From Hypanus sabinus (lineage: Eukaryota), in assembly GCF_030144855.1 (NCBI RefSeq), contig NC_082731.1:25172001-25236000 (forward strand): a DNA stretch of 64,000 bases, given 5' to 3'. A program made the translations under genes and the position numbers. How positions within the stretch are numbered: the stretch's first letter is position 1; each line of letters opens with the position of its first letter. The notes under the pieces were generated by a model, which saw only the letters and a program-made list of their open reading frames with translations, was not told where the DNA came from and ran no database searches. Shown piece after piece: positions 36,480 to 49,970 of the stretch.

Positions 36480-39400
36480 CCGGAGATGTAACAAGTCGAC
36501 AGGAAGGAACATAAGAAGGGATATACTGGTACCAAAAGGGGACCTGAGAAAGAATTTCAATTAGAGTAATCCGCAAGACGTCTAAACTTATCTGATAAAC
36601 AGAAGGTTTACCAGTGTGAAGGCAGGACAAATAATCGACAAAGGAAGTTTCAATTTCCCGGAGTTCCAGAAGAAGAGAGGTCAGTGAAAAGTGCTTTGCT
36701 TTTGTATTCACCATGGAGAGGCACATTGAAGTAAAGTATGACAGCTTACGACAAACTGATATGCACGACCATGTCACAGTTACGAGAATAAATTGTGAGA
36801 AATTCTGAAGAAAAAAAAGATAACGATAGTAATGTCTCCGGGGACAGAAAGAGATAACGAAGAAATTAGAAATTAGGGGGGGGGGGGGGGGCGGAGTTTC
36901 AAGATGGCGACGTAGACATCTGCCTTTTAGGCGCTCTTCATTTTTTAAGCTATAATCACCGTTTAATCAAATCTTTTCGTACTTAATTACATGGGTTGAT
37001 ATTTACGATTTACTTTTTTTAAATAATACTTGATATATTTTTTTCAAACTTAAAATGTCTGTATCGAAGAAATCGTCTAAGGACCCTCTATCTCTCGAGG
37101 CAATCTCTAGTCTTCTGGACACGAAACTTGCAAGTCTGGAAAATAAACTTACTGCGAAAATATCTGAGCTTGAAGAAGTCGTTTGATCGTTTGCTACCAA
37201 GCTTCAATCGCAGGCAGCAGATATTGAACGGCATGAAGAAAAGTTTGCGACTCTTGACAAGTTAATCTGTGAAAAAAATACGTACAATCGAAAATTGGTG
37301 GTGCAGGTACGGTCGACTGCTAAAATAGTGGAGCACAAAGTTTGTGCGCCTGCCGCTTGGCTTTTTTTTTTCATGGGGTTGGGGGAGGGGGGAGGGGGAG
37401 GGATCTTTTTTCACGCTTTTGCTTTTAGTTTATGGGCCGACTTTAAATTATTAATATTGTTGAGGTGTCATGTTCTCCGGTTGCTCCTGAATCATTTTTC
37501 CTCCTTCCTGAATTATGGGTTATGTGTCTTTTTATCCTTTTATGATATATACAACTAATATTGGCATGATGGATAAGCCTATTAACTTTATCTCTTGGAA
37601 TACTAATGTTTTAATTCATCGGATTAAACGTAAAAAAATATTTAAAGTATTCCATAGACTAAATGCTAATATTATCTTTGCACAGGAGACCCATATTAGG
37701 AGGGAGGATAATCAACGCTTTTTTAAGTTCTGGAAGGATCAACAAATTCATCGAATTGTACCGCCAAAATTAGGGGTGTGTCTATTTTTATAGAACCCTC
37801 AATTTCGTTTACACATCATGAAATTATTTATCATCCACAGGGCAGATTTTTGTTGATAACTGGTTCACTTTTTAATCGAAACGTGGTTCTAGCTAATATT
37901 TATGCTCCAAACTTCGACTGCCCTGAATTTTTTAAACGTTTATTTACTTCACTTCCTAATCGAAATGAATATATGTTGATAATGGGTGGAGATTTCAATT
38001 GTTGTCTGAATCCTTTGACGGATAGATCTAAACCTATTCGAATTCTTCAGAATAGATCAGCCTTACATATTAATTCCTTTATGGTTGTTTCGGGAATTAC
38101 TGAAATATGGCCGTTTTTGAACCCTAAAGATAAAGAATTTTCGTTTTTTTCACATGTATATCACAGTTATTCTAGAATGGATTATTTCCTTATTGATCAT
38201 CGTTTATTAACAGATGTTACTGATTGTAAATATGATTCTATTGCCATTTCGGATCATGCACCTTTGAAGTTATCTATCAAGATTTCGGACTTTTCCAATA
38301 ATACTAGATCTTGGAGAGTTAACGCTGCTTTGCTTCAAGATCCAGAATTTATCACCTTCATAAAACAGCAAATTGACTTGTTTTTCTCAACAAACTATAC
38401 TGAAGAGGTTGACAGAGGAATACTTTGGGACTCTTTTAAGGCTTTTATCCGTGGACAAATTATCTCATATTCCGTTTGTTAAAGAAAACAAAGATATTTA
38501 GATATTGCTTTATTAGTGGATAAAATTAAAGAAATTGATAAGATTTATTCCGTGACTCCTACCAGAGAACTTTATAAGAAGAGAGTTGAGCTTCAAATGG
38601 AGCACAGCTTATTATTATCTTCTTCAACTGAGAGTCAATTAATTAGGACCAGGGCTCAATTTTATATTCATAGTGATCGAACTGGTAAATTGATAGCTAA
38701 CCAATTAAAAGCTATTTCGACTAAGCGAAAAATTATTAAAATTCGTAAACAAGACGGGAATCTGACTACTGATCATAAAGAAATCAATAACAATTTTCAA
38801 GATTTTTATAAATCTTTATATCAATCACAATTTGATGGCGATCTGTCCATGATGGATAATTTTTTTAACAATTTGAATATTCCCAAACTGACAGATGAAG
38901 ATCGTAGCTTGTTCGATGCTCCTATTTCTATGGCTGAAATAGGAGAGGTTATATCAATGAATTCAGGGAAAGCTCCTGGTCCTGATGGTTATATTATAGA
39001 ATTTTTTAAAACGTTTTCTTCTTTGCTTTCCCCTTGGTATTGTGCAATTTTAAATGATACATTTGCTAAGAAGAGATTACCCCAGTCTTTTTATGAAGCT
39101 ACTATCTCTCTAATTCTTAAAAAAGATAAGGATCCTACTTTACGTGCATCTTATCGCCCTATATCGCTATGAAATGTAGACTCTAAGATTCTTACAAAAA
39201 TTTTAGATATTATGTTAGAAAAGTTACTATCACAGATTATTTCAGAAGACCAAACTGGTTTTATTAGGAATCGGTATTCCTTTTTTAATGTTAGAAAATT
39301 GATTAGTATAATTTATACTTCATCACCCACAACCCCAGAATGTGTTATTTCATTAGATGCTGAAAAAGCTTTTAATAGAGTTGAATGGACATACTTATTT

Positions 39401-42400
39401 AATGATTTGAGAAATTTTAATTTTAGTCCTAATTTTATATCATGGATTAAATTAATATATTATAAACCTGTTGCTTCTGGTCTTACAAATAATTACAGAT
39501 CCTCTTTTTTTTCAATTATCTCGTGGTACGAGACAAGGTTGTCCCTTAAGTCCTTTATTATTTAATATCGCATTAGAACCTTTAGCCATGGCTATTCGTG
39601 AATCTCCTAATATTTTTGGTATTACCAGTAATGAGAAGTTATACAAGTTATAACTTTATGCTGATGATTTGTTGTTATATATCTCTGATCCTGACAGGTC
39701 TATTCCCGCTATTTTATCCTTGTTGGCTCAATTTGGTAGTTTTTCTGGTTATAAACTAAACTTGGATAAGAGTGAATTATTCCCTTTAAACGCACAAACT
39801 TTATTGAATGACAGGATACCATTTAAAGTTGTTACTGATAACTTTATCTATTTAGATATAAAAAATACCAAGAAATATAAAGATTTATTTGGACTGAATT
39901 TCTAACCTATGCTTCATCAAATTCAACAACTTACTACAAGATGGTCTCCCTTATCCTTATCATTAGTTGGTCGGATTAATGCTATTAAAATGATGATTTT
40001 AACGATTTTTTTTATATTTATTTCAAGCCTTACCAATTTGTATTCCTAAATCTTTTTTTGATAACATTGATTCAAAAATTTCCTAATTTGTGTGGCAAAA
40101 TAAAAACCCCAGGTTATGTAAAAAGCAATTACAAAAATCTAAAAAAGATGGTGGTTTAGCTTTACCTTACTTTAGATTTTACTATTGGGCGAATAACATT
40201 CTTAACTTAATACATTGGAAATTAGATTTGAATTCACCATTGTGCCCACAGTGGGTAAATTTAGAATGCAATGATACACACGGGTATATTCTCTATTCTC
40301 CGTTCTTGGTTCTTCTCTTCCTGCTGATGTAGTTAAATTCAATAAACAGATATCCAACCCTGTTGTCAAACATACATTACGAATTTGGTTTCAATTTCGT
40401 AAGCTTTTTACACTTAAAAACTTTGTTCTTGATAGCCCTATCTTACTTAACTTCTTTTTCAAACCTTCTTTGACAGATCAAGCTTTTAGCATATGGAAAA
40501 GGAAAGGTATAAAATGTTTTCGTGATCTTTTTTTTTCGAAGGAAGTTTGAAGTCTTTCGACCAACTTTCAGACAAATTTAAGTTACCTAAATCTATTTTT
40601 TTAGATATCTACAAATCAGAAATCTTTCACATAAAGTTCTACCACCCTTCCCCAATTCAACTTCGATAGATTTTTCAGATTTGATTTTTACCATAAATCC
40701 TTGTCAGAAGGGATTAGTGGCTTTTATTTATAATATGATTATGAAGATACAATCAGAAATATCAAGTAGAGTTAAACAAGAATGGGAAAAAGAACTTCAA
40801 TATAATATATCAACAGAAAAATGGGAAAACATTTTACAAATGGTTAATTATTCTTCTATATGTGCTAAACATGCATAAATACAATTTAAAATTGTACATA
40901 GAGCACATATGTCTGAAGATAAGCTTGCTCGATTCTATTCTCATATTAACCCTCAATGTGACAGATGTCATTCAGATGTGGCCTCATTGACCCACATGCT
41001 TTGGTCATGTCCCACCTTATATAACTATTGGAAGGACATACTTCCTACCATTTCCTCAATTTGGAATATTGATTTACAACCTCATTTTATTACTGCAATT
41101 TTTGGTATACCAAATGAGGATGGTAATCAGTTTTCCCCTTCAAATAGACGAATGATTGCCTTTGTAACATTAATGGCCAGAAGGTCTATATTACAAAATT
41201 GGAAAGAAGTAAATCCTCCTACCACGTTTCAGTGGTTCTCTCAAACTATTTCTTATCCGAACTTAGCAAAAATTAGAAGCACTATTTTTGACATCAATTA
41301 AATTTGAAGAAACGTGGGGACCGTTCATTCGATACTTTCATATGAATTAATGTGGCCTCTTCCAGAACTTCTCTCTGTTTATTCTTGTTCTGGTATGGAG
41401 TTTCGGAGTTTTTGACTCTATCATATACATATAAACTGTTATTATTGCCCACGTTAGTTTAGTTTAGTATTCTTTATTCAATATATATTTTTTCCTGTAT
41501 TTTATTTATTTTTTTTTCTTTCGATGATTATTCTTACTTTTTTTCATGTATAATTATTATACGCTTGATTGCTTAATGTACTATTTTTGTTGATATTTTA
41601 ATAGGATATTGTTATCTTATTATTAATTCAATTTCAAGTCTAGTGCACTTATCACCTATTCATTATGATGTTATTTTTTATATATATGAAATTCAATAAA
41701 AAGATTGAAAAAGAAAAAAAAATAGGGAAGATGCTATCGTGCATTTCACGAATCTCGGCCTCCTGCTGAAGTATATTTACTTCAGCAGTAGTGGCAGAGG
41801 ATCGGACTGCAGCACATTTAATTCCCTTGTACATGAATGTTAATGGCAACAATCCTAGAAATTATAGATGAGCTGTTCCTCTGTCAGTTCTCGGCAAATT
41901 CTACGAAGGATTCCTAGCACATCCGTGCATTTCCGACGTGTTAAGCAACTTGGCTTTGTGAAACTGAGATTTTTCCCTCATGAGTCTGATTCAATTCTTC
42001 CGGGATATGACAAAATATATACATGAAGCTCAACCACCGGAAATGATGTGGGTAGATTATGGTAAGGCGCCAGAGAAAAATTGCCTTCGAATGTTTATTA
42101 GGAAACTCAGAAGTCGTCGAATCAATGAAAAGTTGCCTGACTGTATTCAGAATTTGATTGTCCCTGGAAGTGATAATAAATGGATTGTATTCTGTCTGTA
42201 CGGCGGTTACCAGCGCTGATCTGCGCTGATCTTTTTGTTCAAGAACTACTGCCATTTGAGACATTAATGAGGAATGTCTTGCTTTGTTGCGTTTGCAGAC
42301 GCAAAAAAATGGCTGGTATTCTGGATACTGTAGCACTTCGTGATACGTTTCAACAGACTACTTAAAGGATGCGGAACTGGGCACAGATGTAACAATGAGG

Positions 42401-42720
42401 TCCATGAAAGTGTAATGTGATTCACGATGGATTCACTATGGATGGTTTAGATTAGAAGAGGATGCAGTGTTCATGGCAGGATTCTCAGCAGTCTTCCCGA
42501 GCAGACGCCTCTGTGTGCTGCCTAAGGTAGAGCCGATATATTATGAGGATAGGACGAACGAGCTGGACATTTACTTCTTATAAGGAATGAAGATAAAATG
42601 TGAGTTAACAGAGGTGCTCAAGACAATACGCAGAAGGGAAAGAAAGTGATGGAGCGGCGCCCTTTTCAGAGTGTGTAATCTTTAACATAAGGAACTTTAG
42701 CATAAGGCACTGCATTGTTG
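36480..42720 (+). mobile_element. Decayed CR1 (EN at ~36480-36875, RT/3' at ~41722-42720) interrupted by the L1 below
   Basis: CR1 endonuclease-like GSFNFP region left of the L1. On the right, NPRNY...SVLGKFYEG and MSLIQFFRDMTKYIHE...VDYGKA (CR1 RT motifs). Confidence 0.6.
36876..41722 (+). mobile_element. Near full-length L1/Tx1-type LINE (5' end, partial ORF1, disrupted ORF2, poly-A)
   Basis: 5' G-run + GGCGGAGTTTCAAGATGGCG. ORF1 start MSVSKKSSKDP... (internally deleted). ORF2 EN (ISWNTN, AQETH, NIYAPN, GGDFN, YSRMDYFL, SDHAP), RT ([35 protein letters not shown]), zf-RVT (CDRCHSDVASLTHMLWSCP), AATAAA 41695 and A-tail. Confidence 0.95.
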
Positions 42721-42937
42721 TTATTTCGCGCCACCAAAACGATGTTGATTTCGACCTATACGTTTTTCATAATGCCGTCCGAATCTGGTTATTTTCTGAA
42801 CATATCGATTTTTAAAGCTTTTCCTTATTACGTGCACTCAGAAATGGGAGCAATAATACCCTTCCATCTAAGTGACAGCGCATACCAGACACGAATGAGT
42901 CCTTCATGTGTCCGTTAGCTATAACCGTTGGTGGATC

Positions 42938-45054
42938 TGTAAAACTGAGTCCGTATTATTACGGTATAGAAGTGAGGCAGTTATTATATAAACAGTTAAA
43001 CATTACTTTAAACTCTACTTAATAAAAAATAAAAGTAAATAAACGATTAACTTAACCGGAACTTCTACATGGCAACTCGAACAGTTCTTAAGGCAATAAA
43101 TGTGAACACAGTTCTTAAATTGATAAATGCGAAAGTGCAGATGATACACCAGTCAATTGGGAGAGACTTTCCTGAAGTAACAAATTCCTCGACGACGTGA
43201 TGTTACTGCTGATCGCACACCAAAATTTGCATTGACCGAAGGATACTAGACGAATGAAATAAAAAGAGCTTCAAGGAACTCACTTTTTCCTTGGCGAATA
43301 ACAATGCAAGGGATTTCTCGGATGCAGGTTACTAATTCCGGAACGAAGATCCAATAAAGTAGATCCTGTATTACCGCCGACTACACCAACTTTACTCGAT
43401 CGTTCGGTTTTCCGTGCTCCGGAAAATCTTCACTCTCCAATACATATAGTTTAAGATTAACTCGATAATACATCAAACATATCTGGCAATGATTTTCAAA
43501 GCGGCTGGCACAATGACAATGTATCTTACAGTAAGAAGTAAAACTTTGCTTTAAAACAAAACTGCGTCATGAAACTATATAGGCAGCATAACGGAGTAAG
43601 AGACGACTTAAACGATGTCCCAACAAAAGCTCCTGCGTCACAGCAGCCTTTCGACGTTTTATACCTGTTAGAACCGGCCTTCGCATGACCTCACACTGGA
43701 AGGAAAATTAATCATGTGACCTCACATTGGAGGGGAAATACGTCACCCCTCCATCACAAGACCATTATATTATGCTCACCATATACGCAATTGCATCATG
43801 GTCATGAGACAGTCATAGGGCAGCCGCTCTATCCTGCTCCCTCCGAATGAAAAAAGATCTGGCATGATTAAAATATTAACTATTAACTATTTGTAAAATA
43901 AAAACAAAGGTATAAAATATACATCATCACATTTTACATAGTATTATCATCTAGCACTTTACAAACTAATATAGGTTGTAGAGTTACAGATGTTAAAAAA
44001 CGACACCATAAAAACAATTACATTTCCCATTCAATATCTAGAAAAAACGGTCAGCAATCACATTATATTTGCCTTCAATATGGGTTATCAAAATATTATA
44101 CTCCTCTAACATTAAACTCCGGTTTAGTAACCCTCTATTTTTGCTTTTAATCTTACTCAGAAATACTAACGTATTAATGCCGGTGTAAACAATGAGTGTT
44201 TTTTTGATTTATACCAACATACACATCCAAATGTTGTAATGACAAAATAATGGAACATAATTCATTCTCTATAGTCGAATAGTTTATTTGCACTTATTAA
44301 ATTTCTTAGAAAAGTAAGCTACTGAATGATCAACCTCGACACCATCATCGCATTGCAGTAATACTTCTCCTGCAGTCTCATCGGCAACATCTACAGCTAA
44401 TGAAAAAGTTTTTTTCTAGGTCAGCTGCCCTGAACACAGGTTGATAACATATCATAGTTTTCAACTCAAATGCCTCCAGACATAGCACTGTCCAGACAAT
44501 ATTTATATTTTTCTACAATTGGTTAGTTAATGGAAGAGCAATATTAGCAAAATTCTTACTTTTTTTTCGGTAATATCCTACCATTTCAATGAATCTTTCA
44601 GAGTTGTTTCTTTTTCCAGTTGGAGTGGGAATCACGAAAATTGCCCGAATTTTTTCCTGTATTAACTCACCTTGACCCATGACATAACCAAGGTAAGTCA
44701 CAGTGGCATAACAAAATTCACTTTCAGCTAAATTAATCGTTAAGTTAGCCTTTGAAAACCTTTCAGATAGTTTCTCCACCGCAGTAATATGTGCTACCCA
44801 AGAATAATTTCCTGTAACTAAATCGTGAATATTGGCATCTGCATCTTTTAACACGCGAATCGCAGAATTAATCATCCACCGAGAAGGCTTTCTTCATCCC
44901 AAATGGAACAACATTATATCCATACAGCCCATATTGGACCTCAAATGCAGAAATCTATCTACCTCTATCCGTCTACCTGTATCTGTTTTCGTACAGCGTT
45001 GTCCTTCCCATAGTCAGTACAAAACCAGAAGAGAACCGATTGACTTAGGGTTCA

Positions 45055-45089
<35 letters not shown>

Positions 45090-45819
45090 TCCTCGATAGA
45101 TAGATATATTCCTCGATCTGGCGCTTTTATCACATAATCCGCATCATTAACTTTAGACAAAACATCATAAGGACCAAGATATCTAGCTTCCAATGGATTC
45201 GTTTGCACTGAATGTTTAAAAACCTTGTCTACAGTTTTCTTCACCCCTTGATGTCCACCCAGGGGCACGCATTGAGCTAAAGTCAAAACCTCATGTGCCC
45301 AAACCATTCTGCTTTTACAATACAGGGGTTATCTCGGATGCCGGTTACTAATTCCGGAATGAAGATCCAATAAGATTGATCCCGTAATATCGTCGACGAC
45401 AGCAACTCTACTCGATCCTACGGTTTTCTTTACACCAGTAAATCTTCACTCTCCAATAGTTAGACATTAAGATTAACTCAAATATATATCAAATATAACT
45501 GGCAGTGATTATCAAAACTGCGGGTACAGCGTCAATACACTTTGCAGTGAGGATTAGAACACCACCTTAAAACAAAAATGGCATCATAAACGACATTCCA
45601 CCAAAACCTCCTGCTTCACAGCAGAATTTCCCCTTTTTATACCTGTTGGAAGAGGAAATCGCATGACCTCTCGCTGGCGGTAAATTTACATGGTATGACT
45701 TCCGACTAGCGGGAAAATGTATCACCCCTCCATCACAAGACCGGTGCATCATGCTCACCAGTTACACAATTAAATCATGGTCAAGCGATAGTAACAAGGC
45801 ACCCATGAGGTATGTAACA
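42938..45819 (-). mobile_element. Gmr1-like Gypsy LTR retrotransposon relic (integrase upstream of RT), two diverged LTR copies
   Basis: LTR-like repeats ~42938-43830 and ~45325-45819 (shared TTACTAATTCCGGAA..GAAGATCCAATAA, TCACCCCTCCATCACAAGACC). Minus-strand order: IN (LGGHQGVKKT; PLEARYLGPY), then RT (YNVVPFGMK; YLGYVMGQG), then RNase H (FSLAVDV..VAYFSKKFN..YSTIENEL). Confidence 0.8.
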
Positions 45820-47989
45820 ATATAAGGAATGGTATATTACAGCATATGGTCACAGTAAGAAGAAAATACCAACGTTGAATATAACACACCTATAGAGAAT
45901 TCTTGGCATTGCTACCCTTGTACCCCTATGCATTTTACTGCTACAGAACAATTCTGCACTGCTGTGGTGGGATTTCACCATTTTGGGTGGGTTAGTTTTG
46001 CACGCTGAATGGCACGTATTGCGTGTGTGGCTACTTGGACTACACGTGGCTCCCTGTTTGCTCTGATAACCGGGATATAAAGTGCCCTATCTGTATCACT
46101 TTGAAGTTGTGGATTATCATCCGAGAAAAATTCAAAACGTCAGAAAAGATGTATCACCGAAGCCTTTGGCCACGGATTATTTAAAAATCATTATATACTA
46201 CTGTCCAACTATCAAGGGAGATCGTTCTGATGCCTTCAATAAGATTAGATGTCGTTAGATTGTACCCTGGTAGAGGAAAGAGAGGACTGCGCCATAATAG
46301 TCCGTGCATATCTGAAAAGTTAAAGAATATACCTGAATTATCCGACCGTATCCAATGGGTGGTGGATAAAATATGTAACGTAGTATACAATTTAGGATGG
46401 TGGACTATGGTAGGTCATTTGGAGGTTAAAATAGATGTTTGCTTTCAGACTTTTTAGATTTTCAAATTGCTTTAATTTTCTTGCGAATTTTTCGAGGAAT
46501 ATAATTATGTTAAAGCCTTTGGTGCGAATGTAACCGGTTTGGAGCTGACGAATGCAGAGTAAAGAGCTAACTTTTGTATTTATCAAATGTCTTTATTCAC
46601 ACCTCTGTAGTCTTGATGGTAAGAAAATTAGCTGCTGAAGTTTTGATGATTCCTTTGGGAATATAATACAGTGACCATGCCAATGCAAAGCAATAGGAAT
46701 ACAGCCATGGGAATCTGCAAGTTGGGTGAACGCCGATGTGGGACTTCCAACGTGTGATGCAACCGATGATTAAGTCTGGTTCGTTTGTACAGGCTGGTAC
46801 TAATCTATTTCTGCACTTACTGCAACATTTTACATCAGCGGAAAAGTTATTAAAATGGAACTTTCAAGGGGTGGATTCAGGTAGTGTTTTATGGGTTTTA
46901 CCGAGAGGTTGTTGGATCTGACGAATAGAAGAGTTGCAGCAGTGAGTGTGGTCTGCGCACATTAACATAACCATTTTAACGTTTCCTCATTTCTGCCCTA
47001 ATAATCGCATATTTAAATAGATATTGGAGTTTGTATTATTTTACCTATCTGATCCGCTGAGAGAACGAATTGGTCTAATTCAGTACACCTGAGATAACTT
47101 AACCTGCGCCACTGGTGCCGCATATGATATGAAGCATCCAAACCGCTAGTAACTAAAACAGATAATGTCTTCTATAATTCTGTGAGAAATATCCTGTGTC
47201 AGATACGCCAATACTATGCTATTGCGAACGTTTATTTTTATTAGTGCAGCTATGGCAGTTTGTTGGAAGATGTACATAGAAACGGCTCTGTCAAATAAAT
47301 TAATGTCATGAAACAATATACAGTATGATATACAGAGAGACAAACCTATTGTAATATAAAGAGCGGCAGGAAGCTGGCATGTACATACAGAAACAGGATA
47401 CATCCTGGTAGATCCGGAGACAAGGATTAGTGTATAACACTATGCAAACAAGGCATTTGTGATTTAGTGGAGTAGTCCACTGGCATTACTCTGCAGGGAC
47501 CTGAATATCGACAGGGGTCTATTGATATATATTCAGACCAGGAATGTAAAATGTTGTAATAGGTTACAACATATCTGATATTAAATGTTCGTCTGATGCG
47601 TGAAAAAATATACACATTCCCAATATCACAAAGTATAAGGACAAGGTTTAATATTCTGACCATGACCATTTCTTGTACAATATGTGCGTACTTCTGAACA
47701 AATTGCTGAACGGTTCTATTGAGTGTGATAGTCATAGGAGCAGGATGTTAAGAATAGAGCCCAAAAGAATGCAATAACAACCGCGAAGTAAAGTGAAACT
47801 TCTTCATTGTGTAAATTAGTGCAAGCTTATGTAAGAGGTAGGGAGCCTTATGTTATAATTTTTTTCTCAGAATGAAGAAGTGTACAATAGAGTACAGAGA
47901 TTATTGAACGTTGAGGTGCCATGAAGTCTGATGACTTTCAGCTTAGAAAATTGTATTCTACATTGAAATTAAACGCACTCTTATTTCAG

Positions 47990-48026
47990 AAGAGAGAGAG
48001 AGAATGCGTGTGAGTGAGTGAGTGAC

Positions 48027-48094
<68 letters not shown>

Positions 48095-48101
48095 GAGAGA
48101 G
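47990..48101. repeat. (GA)n microsatellite
   Basis: Long GA tandem run with GTGA interruptions. Confidence 0.97.
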
Positions 48102-48925
48102 TTGATAAGTAAGACAAAATATTCACCTACAGTGAGTTTACATGCATACATTTCAGAGTAGTATGGAGGAGTATGGGTATATGGTTTGAATGTACAAATA
48201 GGACTAACCATTCAAAAGCACTGCACGCAAAGTATCATGTCATTAAACACTGATCAGCATTATCCTTCCGCACGGCTGCGGAAGACTCCAGCTCCGTATA
48301 TAGTGCTTCATTCTTCTGAGAGATCTTTTTCAAGGAATGTAGTTCAATAAGTACAAAAAAAAAGTTTGAGTAAACACATTCCACAGTGCTACATCTTAAT
48401 AAACTGACCTAATTGCATATTACCGCGCAAAACGATCTCCCAAATTTACAGACAAACAGACGAAATAATTCTTTCCAGTATCTAATTCCAGCATCCATCA
48501 GTAGGCAACACGAGGGTACAGCATATTTAAGATGCGGGTGCATTAATTGTGATTAGAATATTTCTTTGTTCTTCAAAACAATAACAATTCGTAGTTTGCC
48601 AAAAATGACGAATGTATAGAGCGTGTTTTATATTAATAAATATAAAATAAACAAATATATTCTGGCATTCCATCAGGCGACTGGGATGTAGTTGATAATT
48701 AATGAACGGATTAGGATAGAGATGACTGAATTCCCATATAGAGATAAACGGTGATTTGCCTAAGCTTCTTGAGATATATTGAAATCCAAATCCGGGTTTT
48801 CTATATAAGAAAATGACGAAGGTCGATAGTTTAGTTTGCACTTAGGCAGCATCCCAAATAATGTACGCAACAGCATGGGCCGGTATAAATATCATGGATA
48901 CGATTAAGTGTATTGTAGCAGGAGA

Positions 48926-49960
48926 AGAGTCATAGAGTCACAGAAAATTGCAACACAGAAGTAGGCCCTTCGGATAACCTCGCCATTGGTGAACCATTTA
49001 AACTGTTTATTCACATCAACCTGCACAGCGAAAAGCCCCTCCACAGTCTACCATCTTTGTACATATCCAAGATACTATAAAGGAATGGAATCAAGCTCGC
49101 ATGCATCACTTATGCTGCAGTTGGTTTTCAGAATCTCACAACACTATGAGTGAAGAGATTTCCAATCAAGTTCCATTCAACTTAAACTATTTACCTTTCA
49201 CATTTAAACCATGATCTTGAATTGCAGAACCACTCAACCTTAGTGAACAAAGCCTGTTGCAATTACGCTAAGTGCACGATCAAATTGTGTATTCAACTTC
49301 AACTTCTTCAACTTTCCAATCAGTAAAGCTCAAACCCATTCAATATTTCCTTACAACACAGGTCCTCCATAACTGGAGCCTTCCTTATAACTGTTTTATG
49401 TATTCCTTCAACTTTATTTACACCTTCCATTAATATTGGTTACGAAAACTGCAAGTGATATTCAAAATTGTACCTCACCATTTTCTTGTAGAATTTGAAC
49501 ATAACATCAAACTTACTATAAGGAATCCTATGATTTTTGATGGGCAGTGTGTAAAAAGCTTTCCCTGCAGTGCATGCAACCCTAAACTTAATGCCATCAC
49601 AATATTGCTAATCCAAATAAAAGCATGTTTTTGACATGGATGACCTACAGCAACTCTTACAGATTTATTGCTGCGGCATTGCAGTGGTCACAGACCACCG
49701 GTCAGCGATGAAACCATTTGCTACTGCTATCTGCCTTTTCTAGGATGGCCAAATTCCATTCTAATGTACTAGCTCATTTCGAATGCCGGGCAATTCAAAC
49801 TTATTGTTCAATTTTCCATGCGGGAGCTTGACAAATGACATACAAAATTCCATTTTAAGAAACATCTACTGCCTTGACATTACCACAATCCTGAAAATGA
49901 CTCGAAAAACTCGGTACGATTGGCTACACATGAACTAAGACGAACAAAGCCATAGTGACT
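48926..49960 (-). mobile_element. CR1 LINE 3' fragment
   Basis: AGAGTCATAGAGTCACAGAAAATTGCAACACAGAAGTAGGCCCTTCGG is the inverted CR1 tail; decayed RT follows. Confidence 0.7.
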
Positions 49961-49970
49961 ACGCTTAATA

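Noticed and set aside
47146-47403. Minus-strand 85-aa ORF superficially like VNAR (GLSLCISYC, YIFQQ, IIED)
   Set aside because: Lacks the conserved Trp and YxC, and has no RSS or splice context.
48382-48409. CACAGTG with a possible 12-nt spacer and AAACTGACC
   Set aside because: Nonamer matches only 5/9, and there is no V or D coding sequence upstream; expected by chance in 64 kb.
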